A stretch of 64,000 nt of DNA from Octopus sinensis (lineage: Eukaryota), in the NCBI RefSeq assembly GCF_006345805.1, contig NC_042998.1, positions 4,030,001-4,094,000 on the forward strand, in the 5' to 3' direction. The notes below the pieces were generated by a model. That model was not told where the DNA came from. It did not search any database and worked only from the letters and a program-made list of their open reading frames with translations. A program made the translations under genes and the position numbers. The first letter of the stretch is position 1. The number at the start of each line of letters is the position of its first letter. This document shows positions 52,910 to 64,000 of the stretch, piece by piece.

Positions 52910-53617
52910 TATATAGGATAAATTTCTTAATGTGAGAGTAAATATGTAATTGTAAATACCTTGCAACCTTGCAACTGCTGCGATAATTATTAACTGGTAA
53001 TGGAACAGTAAATGTGCATTTTTATATATACCAAGGATATTGCCACCTCATTGCTTTCTTTCAAATGTTTCAGCTCTAGATAGAACTCACATACATACAT
53101 TCAAATATGTCAGTCGTCACATATGCATGTGTATGTGTAGATGTGTGTGTGTGTGTGTGTTTTATAACGTACATAACGCGAAAACAAACACACTCACAAA
53201 CACATACACACTCATAGACTCACAGACAGACATACACTCATATACAAAGTGTGACGTCGTCATCGTCGTTGTGGTATAAAATGTCCCTAACATACACTCA
53301 CATATATATATATATACTAAGATAGCCACACAGAGACATGCATTCACCCATGTCAGTGGTTACATATGTATATGCATGTGTAGACGTGTGTATGTCTAAT
53401 AACGTACCTAACGCGGAAAGACACACATTTGCGACACATACACAGTCATACACTTACACACACTAAATGTTTAGGCATTAAATTTAGCTTTCTGCCATGG
53501 AAGAAGCATTTAACTGATATCGCCGCTGGACATTTTCCCTAGGCTTTCAACAAACGCTTTGGTTCCCAGTTCTTTTATTTTCGGAAATTTCCACTGTTTT
53601 ATACTTTTGTTCTTATA

Positions 53618-53810
53618 TTTATTTCAGTCATTTGACTGTGGCCATGCTGGAGCACTGCCATTAGTCGAACAAATCGACCACAGGACTTATTCTTTGTAAG
53701 CCTAGTACTTATTCTATCGATCCCCTTTTGCCGAACCGCTAAGTTACGGGGAGGTAAACACACCAACATCGATTGTCAAGGATGGTGGAGAGATAAACAC
53801 AGACACACAA
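53618..53810 (-). mobile_element. SINE family A, 3' half
   Basis: Similar to 52505-52690. Confidence 0.85.
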
Positions 53811-53934
53811 ATACGCACAGAGAGAGCGAAAGAGAGAGAGAGAGAGAGATAGAAAAGAGAGAGTGAGTGGGTGAATGAGTGACGAAGTTTACCTAAACAT
53901 TCAATGTTATAACAATATATTATATTTTATATAC

Positions 53935-54190
53935 CATCATCATCAACATCGTTTAACGTCTGCTTTCCATGCTGGCATGGGTTGGGTGGTTTGTCTAAGG
54001 ACTGGCAAGCCAGGAAGCTGCATCAGGTTCCAATCTGTTCTGGCAAGGAATCTACAGCTGGATGCCCTTCCTAATGCCAACCACTCTGAGAATGTAGTTG
54101 GTGCTTTTTAAGTGCCACCAGCACAGGGGCCAGTCAAGTGGCACTGGCATCCACCACGCTCGAATGGTGCTTTTAACGTGCCGCCGGCAC
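53935..54190 (-). mobile_element. SINE/LINE 3' end with (GAT)n tail (family D, RTE-like tail)
   Basis: Reverse complement contains ggttggcattaggaagggcatccagctgtaga and ends ...gcagacgttaaacgatgttgatgatgatg. Confidence 0.65.
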
Positions 54191-54235
54191 TAGCATCGGC
54201 TGCATATTATGGTGCTTTTTACTTGCTGCCCGCCC

Positions 54236-54780
54236 CCGTTTTCCGGACAAAAAAAGGGGTTTTGTGGCACATTAGGAAGTCACTGTAATTCATTCAACGA
54301 AAAAAGCCAAAAAAATATGCAATGATCCCGGAATAGGGGGAGGGGTCAGGTTTCCCACCCTCTCCTATTTTCCGAACAAAAATAAGGGTTTTACGGCACA
54401 TTACGAGGTTAGGATACTAGATTCCACGCAAAAAATCGGTGTTTTTTGTCTTAGTGAAAATTCTGCAGGTGTACTTCCCATTGGGGGTGGGAGTGAAATT
54501 TCCGAGGCTTCCACCCCACCCCACCCTGAATTCCGGACCAAAAATTATGGTTTTGTGGTGAATAAAGAGATCACCGTATTTCATTCAACGAAGAAAAAAA
54601 TTCCAATGATTCCGGGAGGAGGGGGGTCCGTTTTCGCCCCACCTCTTTTTTCGTACAAAAATAAGGGGTTTGCGGTACACTAGGAGGTTAGGTTACTTGA
54701 TTCCACGCAATAAATCCGAGCTCTTTTTTTTCTTAGTGAAAATCGTGCGGGTGAAAGTATCAAAATTTACCCAATAAACT
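54236..54780. repeat. Diverged GC-rich tandem repeat, about 285-bp period, two units
   Basis: Landmarks ttccggac at 54241/54531, gattccacgca at 54420/54699, cttagtgaaa at 54451/54732. Confidence 0.7.
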
Positions 54781-55559
54781 CGGTAACCCATATGAGAGAT
54801 GCTGCCATTTCGTGACTTAAAACTAGGCACTTTAACTTAGAATCATACATGTATGAAAACATATGATTCAATTTATTTCAAAAGGTATGAAGATAGCTTG
54901 AAAATGCTTGGGCAAAACATTTTTAATGCTTTATGGTAGGTTATTCACACACAAATACAGACACATGCAAGTAGACACACACACACATGTGTATGAGAAT
55001 AAATGTTCCATCCATCTATATTGACTTCGAGTATTTCAAGTGATGAATCACTAGTCATTGAATTATAATGCTCACTAATCCGCACACACTTGTAAAAATG
55101 TTCCCGAGGCAAAAATCAGAATAATACAAAGTTCGAGAAAGCTACCTTCTTGAATTACAAGTGCGATTCTTTTAGTAACGTACAAGCAGTTTTCGTGTCA
55201 TCAATTTCGTTGAAAAGCTTTGAATTACAAGAACACGACCAAAGTGACATGCAATGGGATCAAAAGAATGAACTTACGAATGCATAACAAACATCATAAT
55301 CTTTCCTCGGCTCTCATACAAACACAATTACTCACACACACACACACACGTATGAACATTTACACATACAAACATTCAACCTTTTTAATGCAATTTATTT
55401 CCACGGCTCTTTCATTTTTGATGCTTTTGTATTGCTTCTCAATGTGCCTTCGCTCACATCTAGCTAGCCTCTCCTATATCTTCGAATGGATCCATCTAGC
55501 CTCTCCTATATATTCCAATTTCAAATCTAAATAAGCCTGCGTCTTTACAATCCTCGAGG

Positions 55560-56440
55560 AGGTTTACATAACGGCCAATCTTTTGAGCCCAAGCAGCATC
55601 CATGTTATCTTCATGAAGAACCGGAAGTTAGAGGTTTCAAGAGGATATGGGAGAGTTGTATCAAATTACGTGGACGACGTCACCGTAGTATTGTTTGACA
55701 CCAAGCAGTGACTGGAGCAAAAATTAATCAGGAAAAGTTAATGGGTCTGCTGCTCGACACCAGAAGAGGCAGATCCATGACTCTAAGCAGAGCCGTTGGG
55801 TGTAAGACGGATGGATCTGTTAAATTCCTTGGGGTTTAATTTGTTGCAAAACTCGAAATGAAGAAATGAGAAGAGGGGATTAGTAGCGACGTTCATTTCA
55901 CCCAGAAATAGGACAATATGTTACCCCTGAAGGGTAGCATGGAAGATGCGATCTCTTACATTGCAGTGACCATGCACCTGTCTTTTGTGCTTTACTCTAT
56001 TTCATAGTTGAGGAAACTTGAGCACATATTCTTCCACTCTCTGTGGAGATGTGTTCCTTTTGTCAGAAGGGTTCACTTGTCAACACCGATTGCGAGGCTG
56101 GTTGGGTATGCAGTGGCTAATGGTGTATAGATATGCGCAGAGGGTGACATATCCAGCTCTTCCTTGACGGTGAGCAGGTGTGTTCACTGTTTATCAGACT
56201 CTCTTTTCCACGGCTCATCTCTATGACAGACTTGCAGTCCTGGATCAAAATAGAACGGCTCATGACACCTGTCCCCTAAAGCGTAGTAAAATACTCAGAG
56301 AAAATGCGATCGGTGGGTGTTTATCATGTTGTTTATAGAGGATTAATGGGAGACAAAATCGATGACGTTCTCGGGGAAATTCTCGGTGTGGACGAGAATC
56401 AGCTGGCCGGTATGTTCCGAAAACGCTTTGATCAAGAGGC
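55560..56440 (+). pseudogene. L1-clade (Tx1-like) non-LTR retrotransposon ORF2 relic, RT domain and downstream region
   Basis: YVDDVTVV (55667), TGAKINQEKLMGL..RGRSM, DGSVKFLGV, LKG.., FFHSLW..VPFVRR, LRGWLGMQWLM, LFLDGEQV; many stops and frameshifts. Confidence 0.8.
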
Positions 56441-56786
56441 TTTGAATAATTTCATTCGAAAGCTAAAAATATGCAAAGTGCATTGTAACCAGCGATGTAT
56501 AACAACATCCGATATATATATATATAGCTCACTTGATCATGAGATGTAAATATATATATGTGATATTATTGACAAATGGGCATATGTCGATTAGTGTGTT
56601 GAAGTGTTGATCAGAGATACCACGTTATGTACGGATGTACCTGATGTGGCCCATACTGCGAAATGGATGCAACGCAGCATGTTGGACTGTCTCACCCAAC
56701 AGAAGCCCACCTATAAGGGGCGAAACGATCGTTGTAAAGATTAATACCAAATCCATCTTCTGGTTACTTAATCAATTATCATCATA

Positions 56787-56873
<87 letters not shown>

Positions 56874-57071
56874 GACCGTGTGTGTATCGTTGGCGATTTT
56901 CTTTCTCCGTCTTCCCTTCCTTGGACCTTTCCTTTTTCTATGTTTCTGACGAAGAGCTCCGCTCGAAACGTCAAATCCCTCCTTCTTTCTTTCTTTTCCT
57001 GACCGTCCAATAACACTATACTTGTTCCATGTCCTCGCGTTGTTGTGTTTTCTCTTTGTTCATGTTTGGAT

Positions 57072-57079
<8 letters not shown>
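56874..57079 (+). mobile_element. Family E repeat, most complete copy
   Basis: Joins the two parts seen at 312-466 and 671-772; flanked by (TA)n. Confidence 0.7.
56942..56976 (+). ncRNA. Minimal hammerhead ribozyme-like motif with GUC site
   Basis: GTTT-CTGACGA-A-GAGC-TCC-GCTC-GAAA-CGT-C-AAAT. Confidence 0.65.
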
Positions 57080-57121
<42 letters not shown>

Positions 57122-59417
57122 CATATGTTTAAGCGTGGGTGTATGTGTGCAAGTGAGTCTCATATATATGCATTCATGCATGGTTAAATTGTAAATTAAT
57201 TGATGACGTGTCTAAGCATTTGTAGTTAAAGAAATGGATGGCAAAAATAGCGACAAAACGTACTGGTGCGAACTGAAGCAGATATAAAATGCTTACCAGG
57301 TAAAAATGCGAACCTTTGCATGCGATGGGTTTCCGAACTCTAATACATTATGTTAAGCAGTAATTCTTTATAAATAGTTGCAGGTGCTTACCACAATTTG
57401 AAGCTGTTTGTGTTCATTAGGAATTTACTAAGCAACTGAGCAAGGTCTAACACACGAAGATAATCTATAATAGCGTGTTTTGTTCTATAGAGAATTAACA
57501 AAAAGATGTGTATATCTGTATGTATGTATTGCATCAAAAGAAACGACTGAAACCATTAAAAGAATAAAAGAATAAGATACATATATACATACATACATAC
57601 ATACATACACATATATGTATGTATATTTATGTATTTATATATGTATATTAATGTGTGTATATATATATATGTATACACATACATACATATTGATGTATAT
57701 GTGTGCATATATGTATAAATATACCTATGTGCGTGTGGGTACCTGTGTGTGTATGTGTGCATAAGCTTACTTTGCGTGTGTTTTAATGAAAATTCATGCG
57801 TGATATATCAGAAAAACATACAAAGCGATAATTCTATAGAAAGGCGAAGGAGCTCCAAACAAAATGCTTTCACTCATTACAAAGGGCTGTGTAATATATA
57901 TTTACAAGGTCCTCCCCTCCCACAAAAATGCTCCCACTACAAAAAAAAAAAAAATAAATAAAACACTCCTCTAAAAATAGATAGATAAAAATAAATTTTA
58001 AATTAATTATTAAAATAACAAGGTTTTGTGTTAACCAGCTGGGCTCACTGTTTGCGACATTCTTTTGCAGAAATTTTCAGTAAAATAATTTCAAACTTCA
58101 AAGATATCACCTTCTATATTCTTCAGCATGATGAAAGCATTTTGTGAAGTGTGAATCTCTTAAAGAATAAAACTGGATAAAAACGAAATTCTCTCTACAC
58201 AACTCTTATTTTTAGTTGATTTTTCACAGAAGTATAGGAAGGTGTATACATAAAAGCAGATACGTGTATGGGTTTCACATGTAAACATATATAAACGGAA
58301 ATATGTGTGCGTGTGTGTGTTTGTGCGTGTGTGTATGTGTGTGTACACGCATATCTGCTTTTTAAATTCACACGCACACACACATATGTATACACATAAA
58401 CACATGTGAACACACATACACACACACACATATATATATATATATACATATATACATACATATATACATATATATGTGTGTGTTTGTGTGTGTGTGTACA
58501 CGCACATCTGCTTTTTAAATTCACACGCAAACACACACACATATATACACATTTATATATAAACACATATGAGCACACATACACAAACATATATATATCT
58601 GTACATATATACATACATATATACATATACATGCATGCGTATATATCTGTGTAGACACACATACCTATCTATTAAGCTATGAATCTATATACATATATAT
58701 GTACGTATATCTATATCTATATCTATATCAATATATATATATACACACAAAATGTAAGTATACATTCACATATATGCATCTACACACACACAAACATACA
58801 CATGTATTTGCACATATATACTTGTATAGCATACACATACATATCTAAATACGCACACACAAGGTACACACTTGTACGTAAATAAAGTATAATAAAGTAT
58901 AAGGTTATGTAGAGGTGCTTCTCTTATATTAATGCTTGTGTTTATTCGAAAGTTTGCCTTAATTCTCTCTTTTTCTCAAGCTCTCTCACTCTTCCTTTCT
59001 CCTCTCTCTTTTTCTCTTTCTTACAGTATTTATTTGTTATACCCCGTCACTGCATGTATTTCTAAAGAATATATTGTTTTTACATGAAAAACTTAAAATA
59101 TCAAAAGGCTTTCTTTTATTATTCATTTTCTAAAATATTTCAAAATTTTCTTTTTCAACAAATACATTTCAGAAAGAAAAGAAGTTTATCAGTTATAAAC
59201 CTGAGCCGAAATAAAGACTGTTTTAACAGAATAACAACCAAATTTATAAATTGTTCTTTTTTGGTCTCGGTGCAAGGTTAGCTTTTGTATGAACAATATT
59301 AAAGCAGAGATATAAAAGAACCGAAAGTCTACACGATCTTCATTATCTTATCTGGTTTTCATATTGCAGATAAGTAAATCTACTCTACCTTTATTTATGC
59401 TTTCTAATTCGCATTGG

Positions 59418-59728
<311 letters not shown>

Positions 59729-59888
59729 CTTTATCAATCGTCAATGTATCATATATACCAAAAAGAATCACACTCAAAACGTTAGAGCAGTATTAGTGCA
59801 ACACCCTAACAACTAAGCTATGCACTCTCACTACATACAAGACAAATGAAAGAAAATGTATCAGAAGAAAATGTAAGTATTTAAAAAG

Positions 59889-59992
59889 CACTACAATCGT
59901 TTCCATGCTTTTTTTTACAGCTGTAGTACATATGTGAGCTGTTTCGTAATCGTTATATTACTTCCAAGCAATAGAACGCGCTTCTTCAGGTG
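59889..59992 (-). ncRNA. Hammerhead-like motif with expanded stem II region
   Basis: CAC-CTGAAGA...about 75 nt...GAAA-CGATTGT-A-GTG; termini shared with 34979-35021. Confidence 0.35.
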
Positions 59993-61564
59993 ATTTTAAA
60001 AATAAGTTCTTCGTTAGATCCTTTCGCCATGTCACTCAATTTGATAATGTATACCCAGAGTGATGTGTCATTCTCACCAGTTCACAAACTCAACTAAAAA
60101 CACAGATACAGTAACAGACTAAATACGATTACAATCAAAATACAAAACAGATAGATAAAAAATTGACAAAAAAGAAAATGAATAACATGGTCATCTTGAC
60201 TAGAAATTTCGATTTTGTCAAAAGTCAGATTACAACCGAAAAATATTTGACAGACTAAAAAAATAAAAGAAAGAATAAAATAAGCCATTTAGAGATCGTA
60301 AAGTGATAAGTTGAGACAGAACATTTCAGTTCATATAAACTGTTTCCTTTTCTCCTTTAAACACTCAAATTATCTCCCCTCTCCCATGACAAAATTTCTG
60401 CATCGTCCTTCAACTATTTATAGCTTATTACAATCTAGTTTTTATATGCTTTTTTGAAACGCTAATAAAAGATAAGCTCGTGGGTATCCTAAACCTCCCT
60501 GCCCACATGTATTGCCATATAAGACCACCTACTAGGTAAGGTGTATTTCTTCGTATAATTAAAAATACAATGTATCCCAATACATCTATTTGTATATGGA
60601 CATATATACATTTATGTATTAGCTTCGGTAGATTCCTGATGTGAAGTCGTATTGAAACAAATATTGAAACAAACAAAAACACATGACCATCCCTAAATAA
60701 ATGTTTGGGGATGGTCATGTGTTTTTTGTCAAATAACGACACGCACTTTATACTCGTTTTTCATTTCAGATTTATTATTATACTTATTTTAGTGCCCTTT
60801 GAAACTTTTCGTCAAACGTCCTGTGACCTTTTCAGCGACTCTCCATCCCTCCCTGTCTCCTCTTACTCTGACATATATACACTAATTGTAAACGTTTGCC
60901 ATCAGTGTATATAAACTAGACTCTTTACTGCTCTGTGGACATTGATAAATGAATATTTAAACGGTGAATAAATCCCAACAAAAATTAAAGCCTTTCCAGA
61001 TAAATATTTTTTTGTTTTTGTTTTTGTGTACACAGAAAAATCTTACAAAAAACAGTTTTTATGCGAATGTCCAATGTTTTTAATTAAGTTCAGTGTACAT
61101 ATGCAGTGTTGGTTTGAAATCTGTAGATTTATTCAATAGCAGCAAAACAAAACATTACTCACGCGTCAGTTATTTATTAACGAAACCGAGTAGTTGATTA
61201 ATTTTTTTCTGTGCTTAATTCGATTCAGTGGTACTTGTTACTAAAAAAAAAAGTAAAGATACAGAGAAGAAGGAGAAAATGAGAAGAGAGAAAGACAAAG
61301 AGAAAGAGAGAAAGATTTACAAAGAAATATTTAGCGTTCTATTTTAATTGACCATTTATCACAGTTTAAATCCAGTATGAAATAATGATAAACAACATGA
61401 CATTTAAAAAAATTATGCATAATAGTGCGTTTATTTTTATGTTATTTATAAATTTATATTGCTTTTCCTTTTGGATATTTTTTGATAAATCCATTTGTAA
61501 ATTCCAGAGAAAGTCTAAAGTTTAATAATATTAAAATTACCTCATTGAAAGTTAGTAAAGTATT

Positions 61565-61608
61565 TAATAACAACAACGATGATGATGATAATAATAATAA
61601 TAATAAAG

Positions 61609-61648
<40 letters not shown>

Positions 61649-61653
61649 TAACA

Positions 61654-61698
<45 letters not shown>

Positions 61699-61715
61699 GT
61701 AATAATGATAATAAA
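61565..61715. repeat. (AAT)n microsatellite
   Basis: Direct inspection. Confidence 0.95.
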
Positions 61716-62270
61716 GAAATAGAAAACAAAGGAAAAATGAAGAAATGAAAGAAATTAAATTTCTAGACATTTTATGTCATGCTTTGTCTTTCGAGTGAAG
61801 AAATATGTTAGTGGAATGGAGAAGGATGACTATGTTCAAGCCATTTGGAGAGAAGAAGTTTGATAGTTGAGTGCGAAAATTATTTTATTAATCTTAGTAT
61901 GAAGATGCAGTAACATTAAAAAATAATTTAAAACCAAATTTCGAACATGATTCTTGTATTACTATTAGGCATATTAACTTGTAAGTATAGTAAAAGTACC
62001 TTTTTGTGTAAAGTAATTTAGGAGAGAGCTGGACACAAGCGAAATGAATTTGTATCTAGAATGATGAAAAACTTAAAACTGTAAGAAACTAGATGTAATT
62101 TACGCTCGAAAATATTTTAGTGAAGGTATAAATCGATCTTAATATTATTAGCGACAATGAAGTCGGTGAGCTGGCAGAACCAATAGCATGCTGGACAAAA
62201 TACATATCAATATTTAGTATTAGTCACACGAGTTCGACTCCAGGCTGTAACTTGAATATTAATAATAATG

Positions 62271-62301
<31 letters not shown>

Positions 62302-62379
62302 TGATGATGATGATAATAACAACAATAATAATATCGAAAATACCTTAGGAATGAGAACCTAGGTTCGAAATTTGCCCAA

Positions 62380-62425
62380 GACACCTGATGAAGGCTGGAG
62401 GGTATATCTGCCGAAACGTTGTGTT
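62380..62425 (+). ncRNA. Minimal hammerhead ribozyme-like motif
   Basis: GACAC-CTGATGA-A-GGCTG..CTGCC-GAAA-CGT-T-GTGTT: 5-bp stem I, stem II with one T-T mismatch, palindromic ACGT helix III. Confidence 0.6.
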
Positions 62426-63717
62426 AACAACAAACACGATGAGGACAATATCCGTCGAATGTAAATAATGTACATAATTCCTCATCTTTTAAATATAGAA
62501 ATGTAGGCCTTCAATCAAAAGATAAAAATAAAATTGTCCTGCGATTTGAATGAATTCAAAACGCAAAAATGCTGCCAAATTATAAAAATGTTCTCTTATA
62601 TGTTTGTGCCATCATGACGCGGTGAGGTGTCAAATTCGTCTCATTTCTCGGTGTATATTTTAACTAAATTGGGAATGCTCAACATGACAGTTAAATATAA
62701 AACACTATAGGAATCATTATTCGTTGTAGTTTAGAAGTTAAATATTAAAGAATTCAGAGTGAGTCATATACTATTTAAGAATTTATGCTTTGATTTATTG
62801 AATAAAAAGAGAAAAAGATCAGAAATGCTGCTGCAACAGTGTGTAACGACAACAGCAATAATATTTCCATCAATCATGAGATACATTGTAATATGTACCC
62901 AGAGGCTGACTGTTTTTCTACAATATTGGCGATTTTCAAAATGATTAAATTCTGGTTGTTGAATTGTTCAATCTATCAAAAGATTATGACACTAACTTTA
63001 CAATTTCTTCAAAACTACGTAACATTACTGTACTGTTGAAGAAAACACGATGTTGCACTATTGAAGAGAACATGTTCAACAGACTCGACCAGGTTTATAA
63101 TCTCTGTTCATAGAGATAGTACCGATTTGGAGTGAAGTATTTGGGTTCTATATAGCTGAAGCTTGCAGAAAGTTAGGGTGGAATGAAACGATTGTATCGT
63201 CTGCGTCAGAGTAGCCGTTGGCGGACGTGATGGCAACTAGCTCGTTGGTATATAGGCGAAAGAAGGAAGAGGAAAACCTAAACCCTGCTCTATACTAGAG
63301 TTGACTGAAAGCGATGTAGAAAGAACTCCATCAGCAAAAACCACTTCAGACTGATGAAAAGCCACCGGTTTAAGAAATGTTAGAACGACGAGCTCTATAG
63401 ACGGAAAATGTTACCAGAAGATTTGTGTGGCAAACACAGTCAAAAGGTTGGCTGTATCAAATCCGACAGCATCGGTTTCATAAAATCTTTTTAGGATGAA
63501 AAGTCAGTGGTGCCATAGAGCATCGTCCTATAGAATTGGCTTTACGAAAACCGCGCTGGCAGAGAAGGAGAGAGATAAGAGATATTCAAAGTGATTGACA
63601 AGGTTGTAGTTAACTGTTACCACCATTAATTTTGGGACGTCGGACATGTGAGGAACTAAACGACAACAGATAGGATAATAAACCCAACGTCCTGGGAGTG
63701 GGACATACTTATTTCTT

Positions 63718-63930
63718 TACTACCCACAAGGGGCTAAACACAGAGAGGACAAACAAGGACAGACAAACAGATTAAGTCGATTATATCGACCCCAGTGCGT
63801 AACTGGTACTTATTTAATCGACCCCGAAAGGATGAAAGGCAAAGTCGACCTCGGCGGAATTTGAACTCAGAACGTAACGGCAGACAAAATACGGCTACGC
63901 ATTTCGCCCGGCGTGCTAACGCTTCTGCCA
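63718..63930 (-). mobile_element. SINE family B, head slightly truncated
   Basis: Near-identical to 8685-8902. Confidence 0.9.
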
Positions 63931-64000
63931 CGTGTTACCGAATGTGTTACCACTTTAATTGCTTTTGTTGTTGCAGTGTCTATTGTTGGTAGTTTTGTTG

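Noticed and set aside
63040-63700. Possible RTE 5' region, and a CTGATGAAAAGCC..GGTTTAAGAAATGT hammerhead-like string at 63350
   Set aside because: Stem I does not form and extra bases interrupt the core; the LINE similarity is only suggestive.

Overview
AT-rich, microsatellite-saturated eukaryotic non-coding DNA. The SINE families and repeat landscape look like a coleoid cephalopod, most likely Octopus; this is inferred from recall, not from a database search. I can support no host protein-coding exon, rRNA, tRNA gene or CRISPR array. Nearly all long ORFs in the track are reading frames through tandem repeats. The window holds: (1) a 5.7-kb 39-bp satellite (11003-16706, about 146 units) preceded by degenerate TTAGGG repeats and a 20-bp hairpin; (2) at least four tRNA-type or RTE-tailed SINE families, including TSD-bounded dimers and inverted pairs; (3) decayed Tc1/mariner, other DDE-transposase and Tx1/L1-type reverse-transcriptase relics; (4) a non-autonomous Helitron and several TIR/foldback MITEs; (5) a rearranged local duplication. 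The most notable signal is about ten minimal type-I hammerhead-ribozyme-like motifs, some degenerate, in at least five unrelated short repeat families. Each reads CUGANGA, stem II, GAAA, a self-complementary stem III, NUH, then stem I. This matches the dimer-dependent hammerheads reported for Penelope-like retroelements. One foldback element carries such a motif on both strands. Activity is untested.
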